Of a stretch of DNA of 64,000 nt, positions 11,186 through 21,123 are shown one piece after another (position 1 is the stretch's first letter; the number at the start of each line of letters is the position of its first letter). The notes beneath the pieces are model-generated. The model was not told where the DNA came from. It worked only from the letters and a program-made list of their open reading frames with translations, and ran no database searches. Source of the stretch: a virus. Its lineage: Duplodnaviria > Caudoviricetes. Location of the stretch: IMG/VR virus record IMGVR_UViG_3300010340_001122. The stretch is one strand, 5' to 3'. A program made the translations under genes and the position numbers.

Positions 11186-11947
11186 TTAGGTTACCCAAGA
11201 TATATCAAATTCTGGATTTAAACAAAATTGAATATAATTAACTATATCTTTTTTATTATCATAATAACCTGTACTACGATGTCTATTGTAGTTTTTATGT
11301 ATTTTATATCTACCGGCATCTTCTGGTTTAGATGGTGGATAAACCCAATTTGTTGAAGAAGTTAATTCTACACCATTTATTTTAATATTTAAAAAATCTT
11401 CAATTGTTTTTTTCTGGTATGATTCAAGTTCTTCTTGATTTTTAAAATAAATATTTAATAATTTATTTATTCCAGTGGATGACATTGTTATTGTGCAATT
11501 TTTAGGTATTTTTAAGTATTCTTTTAAATTATCAAAATCTAATCTTAATAAACCATCTTTTCCTATTTTCCAAAAATCTCCAGACTCTGGTGTTCCTTCA
11601 TTTATATAAAGATCAATTTGAAGATCTCCATCACTATATTCACTATAATCAAAATTAATATCAATTTCTTCTGTGTGAGCTTTTCTTAGTCGTTCTAAAC
11701 TTTCTTTTATTTTTGATAAAACATCAAAATGTTTTTTCTTTTGATTAAAAAAATTATCAAATGATGAAGATGATGTTTTATCACATGGAACTGTACAACA
11801 TATTATTACAGATGACTTATATTCTTCTGCAAATTGTTCAGAATCTGCCAATTCCGCAATATCTTCATCAAATAAATCTTGAAAACATTCTTTAGCATTT
11901 TCAAGTAATTCTTCATTTTTGAAATTTTCAAATAATTTAATCCTCAT
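11186..11947 (-). CDS. hypothetical protein with CTS-like N-terminus
   Basis: MRIKLFENFKNEE. Confidence 0.6.
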   Translation of the reverse strand: MRIKLFENFKNEELLENAKECFQDLFDEDIAELADSEQFAEEYKSSVIICCTVPCDKTSSSSFDNFFNQKKKHFDVLSKIKESLERLRKAHTEEIDINFDYSEYSDGDLQIDLYINEGTPESGDFWKIGKDGLLRLDFDNLKEYLKIPKNCTITMSSTGINKLLNIYFKNQEELESYQKKTIEDFLNIKINGVELTSSTNWVYPPSKPEDAGRYKIHKNYNRHRSTGYYDNKKDIVNYIQFCLNPEFDISWVT

Positions 11948-11957
11948 GTTAAAACTA

Positions 11958-12794
11958 TTAAGAATTTTTTATAATATTTGTTATTTCAGATTTAATTTTA
12001 CCAAGTTCAGTATATTCAAACTCTTTTGGAAATTTATTTCCTTGTTTTTTAACACCTATATAATCTTCTCTGAACATAACTTGTGCGATATGTTCTCCAT
12101 CATAGTGAATTTCAAAATCACTACCAATTTTTTTAATTTTTGCACCCAATCCAGAAATATGAGATTCTATCTTATCTTGAAAAGATGATATTTTAATATC
12201 TCTATCTTTTGATGTAATTGCTTTATAAGCTTTGCCTTCTTTAACTTTTGTTACTTTTGTAGTAATATCTTTTTTCTCAAAATCGCTAAAATTCATTATC
12301 TTCCCTGAAGATTTTTTATTGGATATCATATCTTTAATTGTTTTCATATCTAATTGTTTATGTCTTGATTTTTTAGTGATTACATTTGGATCTCCTTCTC
12401 TTTTCTTTCTCATTCCAGATGGAATAGGCATTTTTTGAAACATTCTATTCGCACCACTCGGATTATAAGGTGCGGATATATCTCCCGATCCACCAGACCC
12501 ACCACCATTAATCCAATTAACTCCATTTAAGGATCCTGGAAAGGCTGATGGTTGTGATGATACAACTGCTCCCATTCCAGCAGTTGTTGCATTTGCAAGT
12601 GATACACCACCACCTCCAAATCCAACACTAGATGATCCGGCAGATCCAGAAGGACCTCCGGTAGCCGTGTCTTCAAAAATTCTTTCTTTTTTATCGATAA
12701 TTTTTTTCACTAATTCGATATCGGAAATATTATAATTTCCCTTTTCCATTTTTTCAAGTAGAACATAAAGTTCGTATAAAGAAATATTTTTCAT
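11958..12794 (-). CDS. Gly/Ser-rich hypothetical (probable virion) protein
   Basis: Low-complexity G/S segment; late-type promoter 12815-12823. Confidence 0.55.
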   Translation of the reverse strand: MKNISLYELYVLLEKMEKGNYNISDIELVKKIIDKKERIFEDTATGGPSGSAGSSSVGFGGGGVSLANATTAGMGAVVSSQPSAFPGSLNGVNWINGGGSGGSGDISAPYNPSGANRMFQKMPIPSGMRKKREGDPNVITKKSRHKQLDMKTIKDMISNKKSSGKIMNFSDFEKKDITTKVTKVKEGKAYKAITSKDRDIKISSFQDKIESHISGLGAKIKKIGSDFEIHYDGEHIAQVMFREDYIGVKKQGNKFPKEFEYTELGKIKSEITNIIKNS

Positions 12795-12856
12795 CTATAA
12801 GTCTGTTATTTTATTATATATTAAAACATCAATGTATTATTTTAATATGAATATAA

Positions 12857-13447
12857 ATGGCCAATCTTAAATATTTAGAATTTCAAAGATTAATTAAAGA
12901 ATTACAATTTGTTGAAACAGATTATCTATACCAATCAGAGATAATAAATCAAACTGATAAATTATTTTTAGATTCAGTAAATGTTGTTCTTGATAAATAT
13001 CCTGATCTTAAAAATATATGGACAGAAAAGCAGTTTTCTGAAGAATCTTCAAAAAATGATGATTCTATAATAGATGTTGAGATCAATGCTGAAATAGTAC
13101 CTACTAAACCCAAACATAGTTCCGAAATTAAAAAAATTTATAGAGAAATTGTAAAATCCACACATCCAGATAAAATCAAAAATTCAAAATTAAATGAATT
13201 ATATTTAGAAGCTACAGGGGCTTATGAGTCAAATGATTTAATTACATTATATAAAGTTTGTTCTGATCTAATGATAGATTTTGAATGGTCAGATGATGAG
13301 ATAATGAGAATTAAAGAAAGAGTTGAAAAATATAGAAATCAAATTAATTTTTTAGAATCAACATATACTTTTAAATGGTTAAAATCTGATGATGATGATG
13401 AGAAATTAAAAATAATTTTAAAATTTATTGAAAATAAAATTAAATAA
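12857..13447 (+). CDS. J-domain (DnaJ-like) protein
   Basis: IKKIYREIVKSTHPDK, with an HPD motif. Confidence 0.75.
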   Translation: MANLKYLEFQRLIKELQFVETDYLYQSEIINQTDKLFLDSVNVVLDKYPDLKNIWTEKQFSEESSKNDDSIIDVEINAEIVPTKPKHSSEIKKIYREIVKSTHPDKIKNSKLNELYLEATGAYESNDLITLYKVCSDLMIDFEWSDDEIMRIKERVEKYRNQINFLESTYTFKWLKSDDDDEKLKIILKFIENKIK

Positions 13448-14069
13448 TATTTAAAGTTACTTTATTATTGTCTAGAATTTCTTGTAGTTCTTCTTTTCTA
13501 AATGTTTTTTTATAAACATCATTACTTTTATCTGAATTTTGAAGTTCCCAATCATTCCCATTAGAAGTTGAGTAAATATAATTCTGATCTCCATCAACTA
13601 TTTCAATTGTTCTACTAGTTAATTTATCATAAAACTTTTTAATATCATCTTTAACTTTAAAAAGTTTAGTTTCATCCCATTTTTTCAAGGTTTCATTCCA
13701 AGTTTGGAAAAGAATATATTCTGGATTTTCTAATTCACTAGAATTAAAGTCATAAAGAAACATAAATTTACAAGGCTTATTAACAAATGTTTGAAAATCA
13801 TCAGAATTTTGTATTGTTGATTTTTTCAATCCAATAGATGACAATGAATTAATAAATTCTGTATTATCAGATAAGATATCTAAATCTAATTTATTTTTAA
13901 AGTCATCAGATAACTTAATTGTGGTTATCAAATCTACCCTTTCTGCTGATATTGATGTCATTAAAACATCATGCCATATATTTAATGATTCCATTAAATC
14001 TATTTGATTATATGTTAAATCAATATGTAATGATTCTTTATATTTTTTAAATCCTTTAATCCATCTCAT
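13440..14069 (-). CDS. hypothetical protein with CTS-like N-terminus
   Basis: MRWIKGFKKYKES; promoter 14074-14082. Confidence 0.6.
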   Translation of the reverse strand: MRWIKGFKKYKESLHIDLTYNQIDLMESLNIWHDVLMTSISAERVDLITTIKLSDDFKNKLDLDILSDNTEFINSLSSIGLKKSTIQNSDDFQTFVNKPCKFMFLYDFNSSELENPEYILFQTWNETLKKWDETKLFKVKDDIKKFYDKLTSRTIEIVDGDQNYIYSTSNGNDWELQNSDKSNDVYKKTFRKEELQEILDNNKVTLNII

Positions 14070-14102
14070 TTATTATATATTAATTACATTTAATCATATC
14101 TA

Positions 14103-16379
14103 TCATTCCGGAGAAGCCTGATCGTTAGGAGAGAGTTCATTAACATTATTTTCATTATTATTAACTCCTGATTTTTTATCTTTTCTTGATTTAGGTTCTT
14201 TAGATTCTTCTTGTAATAATGAAAGTTCTCTTTTTATAGCTTTCACTATTTGTTGAGTCTTACCTCCATCATAATCAAATTCGATACTTGTAATCAACCA
14301 GTCTCCAGATATTCTTTTATAAAATTCGTTTTGTATAGTAGGAGTTTGTTTTTGTGGAGAAAAATAAATAGGTATTTTTTGATAAACATAAAGATTAAAA
14401 TTATTACTAGGTAGTTTTAATACACAAGATACTTTAGTAATATCATCTAAATTTTGTCTATTCTGTGGTATTGAATAATTGAAGTTTTTATGAACATTTC
14501 CTTTACCATCATCGAATAAATCAAATTTACCAACATAGATATTATTAGTGTTCTCTTCAAAAAATTTTTCATCATTTACTGCGCCTTTTAATATTATCGA
14601 CTTACTACCATCTGATGTTTGTGATTCGACATCAAATATTAGTAATTCTTTTTTTATTGAATCATAATATTTAGTTCTTGTTCTATATGCCTTCTCTAAA
14701 GAAATTTTTGTTGATTTATTAACTATATCAAATTCTGAAAAATAAGCAATTGATTCTTTTATACTTCTATCATTAGATAAAATAAGATTTGTTGTTTCTT
14801 CATCTACATCAGGATCTTCTTCAGTTAGAAATTTATATCCAAATCCAGTTATCATTTTATCCTGTGAAACATCTCTTTCTAATTCTTTATTTAAATCCAT
14901 ATAACATAAATTATAATAATAATCAACATAACAATATTGAAAAGATGTTTCGGAAACATATGAGTTATTAATAACGTTTTCAATAAATTCTAAATTTTTA
15001 AAACCTGAATTTATCCAAGTCATTTTATCATCACTATTATTTATATTTGAACAAAATCCTAATTCGCAAATTTTAGCAACTTCCTGTAAGGTCTCATGTG
15101 ATGTTTTAGACCCGTAACTTAGAAATTTTCTCAAAAATATTTGAGGAATATTACATATTCCAGAGATAACATAAGTATTATTACCACTATCTTTAAAATC
15201 TAAAACTTTAAAATCCATATTTATTGATCTCAAATTTAAAGATTTCGAATTTAAATATATTGAAACAGTTGTATCATCATGTGGAAATCCATCTTCTCTA
15301 AGAATTCCCCAACTATCCAAAACAGTCATCTCTATAGCCGGTAAAATACCTTTATGATATAAATTAAATTTTAAAACATCTTGATATGAGATTTGAACAC
15401 CATTATACCAAACAAAAGGCATATAACCCGCTTGTTTAGCAATCTTACCCTTATCATTTCCACTAGCTTCAATATCAAATTGAATATTTGTGGGTTTAAT
15501 ATATGGTTTAAAAAATTGTGTTAGGTTTTTTATAGGCTGCCCATTATTTATTGGAGCATTATCAAAATCATTATCAGAAAATGTATTATCCTGTTCATTT
15601 TGATTTTCCTGTTCCTGTATTTTATTATCTGATGTATTATCAGGAGGTGGTGCAGTTGTTCCTTCTGGATTTTTTTCCAAATATTCAATTAAAAATCCAT
15701 GACATATTTTAGCTTTATCATAGTTATATCTAACGACTTGACTATTTGTTGAATTACTAAAACCAGAAGTCATATTTATTATACATAATAAAGCTTCATT
15801 CCAATCATTAAAATCATTAACAGATGATTTTCTAAATTTACTTTTTATTTTATCTTTACTTTTGAAATCACCATCAACGTAAAATGCAACACAAGAAACA
15901 GATGCTGGTCCTATTTGATTGAGTAAATCTGGATTTTCAAGTAATCCTGGTATATTTTTACCATATGATTTATAATTACTTTTAAAAGTAATTTGATTAA
16001 ATCCTCTTCCTCTATATTTCCACCCATCTCCTGGATTCTGATTACCCCCACGAGGTGATCCATAAATATAATTAGCTATTTTTTCTGGTTTTTTTGCATA
16101 ATCATTGGCATTAGTACCTGGTTTGGTATTTTTACCTCCAAAATATGAAGGAAATGTTTTTTTGAGTCCAGAGGCACTATAATTTAGATTTTCATTCTGA
16201 GGTATAAATCCTGATTCTTTTGATATGGTTGCTAAAATTGCAGCAATAATATACTTATTAGTAACACCTCTTCTTTTACATTCACCAATTATAGAATCTA
16301 CCGCTTGTTTATTAAAATTTCTTTTATTACCATCAGTTCCTTTAGCAACTATATTTCCATTTTTTATTTCGTAAGACAT
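14103..16379 (-). CDS. GH19 lysozyme/chitinase-like domain fused to a putative baseplate hub protein
   Basis: KESGF...ENLNYS, GDGWKYRGRGFNQIT; acidic linker; C-terminal domain ending SGDWLITSI as in hub proteins; baseplate context. Confidence 0.7.
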   Translation of the reverse strand: MSYEIKNGNIVAKGTDGNKRNFNKQAVDSIIGECKRRGVTNKYIIAAILATISKESGFIPQNENLNYSASGLKKTFPSYFGGKNTKPGTNANDYAKKPEKIANYIYGSPRGGNQNPGDGWKYRGRGFNQITFKSNYKSYGKNIPGLLENPDLLNQIGPASVSCVAFYVDGDFKSKDKIKSKFRKSSVNDFNDWNEALLCIINMTSGFSNSTNSQVVRYNYDKAKICHGFLIEYLEKNPEGTTAPPPDNTSDNKIQEQENQNEQDNTFSDNDFDNAPINNGQPIKNLTQFFKPYIKPTNIQFDIEASGNDKGKIAKQAGYMPFVWYNGVQISYQDVLKFNLYHKGILPAIEMTVLDSWGILREDGFPHDDTTVSIYLNSKSLNLRSINMDFKVLDFKDSGNNTYVISGICNIPQIFLRKFLSYGSKTSHETLQEVAKICELGFCSNINNSDDKMTWINSGFKNLEFIENVINNSYVSETSFQYCYVDYYYNLCYMDLNKELERDVSQDKMITGFGYKFLTEEDPDVDEETTNLILSNDRSIKESIAYFSEFDIVNKSTKISLEKAYRTRTKYYDSIKKELLIFDVESQTSDGSKSIILKGAVNDEKFFEENTNNIYVGKFDLFDDGKGNVHKNFNYSIPQNRQNLDDITKVSCVLKLPSNNFNLYVYQKIPIYFSPQKQTPTIQNEFYKRISGDWLITSIEFDYDGGKTQQIVKAIKRELSLLQEESKEPKSRKDKKSGVNNNENNVNELSPNDQASPE

Positions 16380-16385
16380 AATAGG

Positions 16386-16862
16386 TTATTTATTAAATAA
16401 TCCACTTCCGATCTTAATCGTGTCTCCTGATACAACAACTTGTTCAGTTGGTTTGTCCATTATAGTTGGTGGTAAAGAATAATTCTCCTCAACATACTTC
16501 TGTCTTGATGGATCTGGTGCTGAAGCTTTATTACCACTTGATAAACTAACTTGAACATTGTTATTTTTACTATCTTTTAATCTAAGTTCCGCGATAGAAT
16601 CAGCGCTTGGATAAATAATTATAGTTCCTTCCTTAACATTCAATGGATTACTTATATTATTAATATTTAAAATAATATCAATATAATCAACATTTCCATA
16701 TATGGACTGACAGATCAAATCTACTCTCATTTCTTCTCCTTTTTGAATTTTATATTCACCGAAATTCAAACCATCAAATGTTGATCTAAAGGTTAATTTA
16801 GTTAAATCATATAAATTATCATTTGTAGATTTTTTAAGTTTATCTATATCATCTATTTTCAT
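16386..16862 (-). CDS. baseplate wedge protein (gp53-like)
   Basis: EMRVDLICQSIYG...DIIL.IN.I.NP.....GTII.YP. Confidence 0.65.
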   Translation of the reverse strand: MKIDDIDKLKKSTNDNLYDLTKLTFRSTFDGLNFGEYKIQKGEEMRVDLICQSIYGNVDYIDIILNINNISNPLNVKEGTIIIYPSADSIAELRLKDSKNNNVQVSLSSGNKASAPDPSRQKYVEENYSLPPTIMDKPTEQVVVSGDTIKIGSGLFNK

Positions 16863-16863
16863 A

Positions 16864-18828
16864 TTATATAATTAATTTATCACCAACTTGAAGGAAGTCC
16901 GGATCACTATCTTGTCCTGATTTAACAATACCGTCTGCCTCGGCTGGATTTTTATTTTTATTTTTAGCAATAATTCTATTTTTCTCAGCATTTATTTCAG
17001 CATTTGTAGCATTTGGTCCTAATTTATTTTTAGCTATTTTCCAAATACTATCACCTGGCTTAACTGTATATTCTTCCTCACTTGATGTTGGTAATTCTGT
17101 TTTACCTAAAACTGGTTCTGAACTATTAGGATCAGGATTAACAGTCTGACCAGTTGTTGAGTCTGTGCCAGTTGAATTTTCACTACCAACTTTTGATTGG
17201 TCAGAACTAGATTGTACAACACCTGTTGAATTAGATTGAGTGTCTTCCTCTTTACTATCTGTTGGTGATACTGATGGTGATGCACCAGTTGTATTTGTAT
17301 CAATTTTATTAGTATTTTGTGTTGGTGGATATCCTGGATCTGGGTCAGCGTTCCAAAATGTTGGATGCTCGTTAGAAACTCTTACTCCACTACAACTTAA
17401 TTTCTCCATTATCTCATCTGTTCCTAGGTTTCTTGCACTCACAAGAGTAAATTCACATTCTATAAATGATGGTAAATCATTAAAAGCTAATTGTGGTCCA
17501 AAATTGACAGTCACATCTTGAGTTAACATATCACCACTTGAAAATATTGGTCTAAGTGGATTACCAATTGTAATATGCCATGGAGTTGATGGTAAACCCG
17601 TTAAAGTTGTAACAACACCAAGTGCTTGTATTCTATATTTTTTGATAACAGTATCGGCAAAGTTCTTTAATATACCTCCTATTTTAGTTTGAGTAGATAA
17701 AATTAAATTATCATTTTTTTCTTTTTCCGCTTTTGCTATTTCATCCTCATCTTTTGAACTATCAGAAGATCCTGAATCCTTCTCACCATAGGTCGAGTCA
17801 AAGAATTTACCAATTATAACAGCCACTTCGGTTATTATAGTTTTTAATGAATCTACAAATGCTTGTACAACTTTTTTTATTAATTCAGTTGCACCACCTG
17901 GCTTTAAAAAATCCTTTAAAACACCATCGAGTTTTCCTAAACTAGATCTTTTACCTAAATAAAAAACAGCCTGTGATCCACCAAATGATAATATAGTCTG
18001 TAAAATATCATAATAAATTAGGGTTGGATCAACACCTGATATGAATTTTTGTTCCCAAGAACATTTAACTTTAACAGAAAATTTACCAGTTAATCCTGAA
18101 CCTGCTTGATCTTCTTTAATTAATTGTCTTTGTTTAGATTCTTTAATTAAATTTGGAGTTCCTGATGGAATTATATCTGTTGATTTTGGATCGATAAATC
18201 CAGCTTTTGTTAATATCTGTCTTTGAAGACCTTCTGTGAATCCAGGAAGTGGAACTGCATTCATACCAGCTGATAAAACATCACCTAGTTTAAAATCAAT
18301 AGATTTTAGTCCTAGATCATCACCAACATCATTTAATAGTTCTTTAAATGATGGTTGTGAATCTACCCAAACCTCACCAAAGTTAAATGATAGTATATTT
18401 TCAGTATCTGGTACCCAGGAAATAAGCGTTGATATTGGTTCAGTATTTATATTAACACCAGCGAAGGTCAAATCATCAATAACAGGATGATCAAATCTTC
18501 TACAAACTACTAATCTGTTATTTGGATAAACACCAAAATCCCTACAATAGGCAAAATCTGCCCATTTTAGTTTCATTGTGTTATATTTTTCTAATTGTGT
18601 GATGATATTTGAAGTTGATATCTCATATACCGCATCCGCGTGAACCACATCTACCGATTCAAAACTTAATGGGTGTTTAACAAATCCATTTTCATTTTCA
18701 GGACTTTTATTTAAAAAGTTTTTTGTACTAAATCTTGATCCTTGAGGCCCATTTGTGCTACCAGACTGTTGATAACTGAATGATCCTTCTGATACTAGAC
18801 CTAGTGGTGATGCTGTATATTTAGCCAT
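16864..18828 (-). CDS. tail/baseplate protein with C-terminal LysM
   Basis: YTVKPGDSIWKIA LysM after an S/T-rich linker; WHITIGNPLRPI motif; structural operon. Confidence 0.6.
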   Translation of the reverse strand: MAKYTASPLGLVSEGSFSYQQSGSTNGPQGSRFSTKNFLNKSPENENGFVKHPLSFESVDVVHADAVYEISTSNIITQLEKYNTMKLKWADFAYCRDFGVYPNNRLVVCRRFDHPVIDDLTFAGVNINTEPISTLISWVPDTENILSFNFGEVWVDSQPSFKELLNDVGDDLGLKSIDFKLGDVLSAGMNAVPLPGFTEGLQRQILTKAGFIDPKSTDIIPSGTPNLIKESKQRQLIKEDQAGSGLTGKFSVKVKCSWEQKFISGVDPTLIYYDILQTILSFGGSQAVFYLGKRSSLGKLDGVLKDFLKPGGATELIKKVVQAFVDSLKTIITEVAVIIGKFFDSTYGEKDSGSSDSSKDEDEIAKAEKEKNDNLILSTQTKIGGILKNFADTVIKKYRIQALGVVTTLTGLPSTPWHITIGNPLRPIFSSGDMLTQDVTVNFGPQLAFNDLPSFIECEFTLVSARNLGTDEIMEKLSCSGVRVSNEHPTFWNADPDPGYPPTQNTNKIDTNTTGASPSVSPTDSKEEDTQSNSTGVVQSSSDQSKVGSENSTGTDSTTGQTVNPDPNSSEPVLGKTELPTSSEEEYTVKPGDSIWKIAKNKLGPNATNAEINAEKNRIIAKNKNKNPAEADGIVKSGQDSDPDFLQVGDKLII

Positions 18829-18868
18829 AATTTATCTATAATTATTTATAGATTTATATATTATGTAA

Positions 18869-19258
18869 TCAGTAATCTCTTATTATTTGTGAGTTTGAAA
18901 ATTTTGAAAGGTTTGAAAAAACATCATCCATGACTTCTTGATTTTTTCTAAATTCATTGTAGAATATTAAAACATTAAAATCATTTCCACCTAGTATCTT
19001 CTTTAAATTGAGTAGTTTTTCTATTGAGAATTCGTTATCAAAATCGGGAATATAATAAATATCCTTTTTCCTATCTATTGCTTGTTGTATTTTATTGAAA
19101 ATTAAAATTTTTAAATAAGTTCTATCATTTTTAAAATTGACTTCCTCTTCTTCGATAATCTTTTTAATATCGATTATATACTTATTCTTTATTCTATTGA
19201 CTTTAATAAACTTATCAAATTTTTTCCTTGTTTTACAGTAAACACAAAAAAACGTCAT
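18869..19258 (-). CDS. hypothetical protein
   Basis: Probable start MTFFCVYCK at 19258. Confidence 0.5.
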   Translation of the reverse strand: MTFFCVYCKTRKKFDKFIKVNRIKNKYIIDIKKIIEEEEVNFKNDRTYLKILIFNKIQQAIDRKKDIYYIPDFDNEFSIEKLLNLKKILGGNDFNVLIFYNEFRKNQEVMDDVFSNLSKFSNSQIIRDY

Positions 19259-19361
19259 TTTATTATCTATGTCCATATTAGACTACTCATTTTCTTTTAA
19301 TATTTTTATATATTCATCAACATGTCTTTCCTTCATAATATGTTAATTAAGATGTATATTT

Positions 19362-19370
19362 TAATATATA
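19362..19370 (+). promoter_or_regulatory. late-type promoter motif TAATATATA (representative copy)
   Basis: About 20 copies shortly upstream of structural or CTS-bearing genes, on the coding strand. Confidence 0.6.
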
Positions 19371-19376
19371 ACCAAT

Positions 19377-20753
19377 ATGAAAAAGTATTCCGAGAAATTT
19401 ATTCATGAGTATAGTAAGCTAGCAACAGCTAAGATTGGATTTGAATTTGAATTCTATATGAAAGATTTATCTTTCTATAAAACTATGGAGTTATTAAATA
19501 AAGAACTCGCTCCCGTTAAGGTACACGGTTTTAGACAGTATCACTCAGATTTTAAACCCGATGATAAAAACTTTAAAATAGAACCAGATTTATCAGGAGG
19601 ATCAAACATGGTTGAGTTAGTAACCGGACCAATGCATTATAATGATGCTAAATTCTATTTAATAAAAATATTGAAATTTATCCAAAACTACGGATACACA
19701 AATGATAAATCATCAATACATTTTAACCTTTCATTTTTTGGTGAGAAAAATCTAAATGATTTAAATGTTTTAAAATTAATATTAAATACTGATGAGGATG
19801 AAATTTATAGATTTTATCCTTCAAGAAAAGATAATATTTATGCCAAGTCTGTGAAGAAAGTTATACCATTTAAAGAATATGACTTTTTTAATATACCAAT
19901 TGATTCCGTTAAAAATAATTTAATTCTTCCGGATGATAAATATTATGGAATAAATTTCTTAAATATTAATAATAATAAAGAAAGTCAAAGAGTTGAATAC
20001 CGATATATTGGTGGAAAAGACTATGAATTAAATATTGGTAATATTGTTTATTTCTTAGATAGATTCATACTAGATACTTACAATTCAATTGATGTTGGAT
20101 TTAACCAAAATGATGCTGATAAATTGGAAAAATACTTAGAAGATAATATTGGTAAATTTAAAACATTTTCTAAATATGATAACTTCATTGTTGAATTTCC
20201 AACTATTCAAATACAAATCGATCAAAACCATATGTATGAATTAGTTAGTTCATATTTTGGTAGAATATACGAAAAACTGTGGGATATAGTTGAAGGTACT
20301 GATAATTTAAAAGATTGTATTATAAATTATATCACTGAGACACAAAAGATGGAAATTGTAGATGCTCAAATTAAATCTAATCTACCAATTGATTCTTTTG
20401 AATTTGTAAATTGTACAATATTAGATGGTATTTATGATAATTGTAATTTTTATGGATGTGAAATAAATAATACTCAAATATCTACATCCAAAATCGAATC
20501 ATCCGATGTTAATGGGAGTAAAGTTTTAAGTTGTAGGGTTGAAAATTCAACCTTAGTTAATTGTTATTTCATGAATGGATTCCTGAATGGTGATATGAAT
20601 GGTGGTATATTCAGAAGTGGTGAGTTAGGTCCATACGCATCTATATCACCTGATACTAAAATCGTTGGTAGCTCTGATAACTTCTTTGATACAAGATTTG
20701 ACTCACAAGATAAAGGCGATAAAAAAGGAGTTATAGATACATATAAAAAATGA
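19377..20753 (+). CDS. putative amidoligase (COOH-NH2 ligase-like) with C-terminal beta-solenoid repeats
   Basis: IGFEFE, VELVTGP, SIHFNLS, KYYGIN, VEYR; C-terminal pentapeptide-like NC.I repeats. Confidence 0.65.
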   Translation: MKKYSEKFIHEYSKLATAKIGFEFEFYMKDLSFYKTMELLNKELAPVKVHGFRQYHSDFKPDDKNFKIEPDLSGGSNMVELVTGPMHYNDAKFYLIKILKFIQNYGYTNDKSSIHFNLSFFGEKNLNDLNVLKLILNTDEDEIYRFYPSRKDNIYAKSVKKVIPFKEYDFFNIPIDSVKNNLILPDDKYYGINFLNINNNKESQRVEYRYIGGKDYELNIGNIVYFLDRFILDTYNSIDVGFNQNDADKLEKYLEDNIGKFKTFSKYDNFIVEFPTIQIQIDQNHMYELVSSYFGRIYEKLWDIVEGTDNLKDCIINYITETQKMEIVDAQIKSNLPIDSFEFVNCTILDGIYDNCNFYGCEINNTQISTSKIESSDVNGSKVLSCRVENSTLVNCYFMNGFLNGDMNGGIFRSGELGPYASISPDTKIVGSSDNFFDTRFDSQDKGDKKGVIDTYKK

Positions 20754-21115
20754 TTCATTTAAAACAGTTTGAAAATAGAGAAGAAATCTGGAATGTCAAT
20801 AGAGAAGATATAAAAGAAATATTTAATGACTTCATAGATGAGTTTGAACTTATAATAACTTTTGGTAAAAAACTACAAAAATCTAGTTTATCCACTGGAC
20901 CAGATATAGTATTTGGATTTAAACCATATATACAAATAAGATTAATATCTTTAGATAAAACTAGTCCTTATAGATTAAGTCAGTATATTAATTCTGGGGA
21001 ATTTTCAGAAAGAAAAAAAGAGATTACCTCTAAACTAGATTATAATGATTTATTCATTAATGAAGTTTACATTGAGGTTAGTTCAATAATATTTTTAATA
21101 TATACAAAAAAATAG
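20750..21115 (+). CDS. hypothetical protein with CTS-like N-terminus
   Basis: MIHLKQFENREE...EDIKEIFNDFID. Confidence 0.6.
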   Translation: MIHLKQFENREEIWNVNREDIKEIFNDFIDEFELIITFGKKLQKSSLSTGPDIVFGFKPYIQIRLISLDKTSPYRLSQYINSGEFSERKKEITSKLDYNDLFINEVYIEVSSIIFLIYTKK

Positions 21116-21123
21116 TAAATTAT

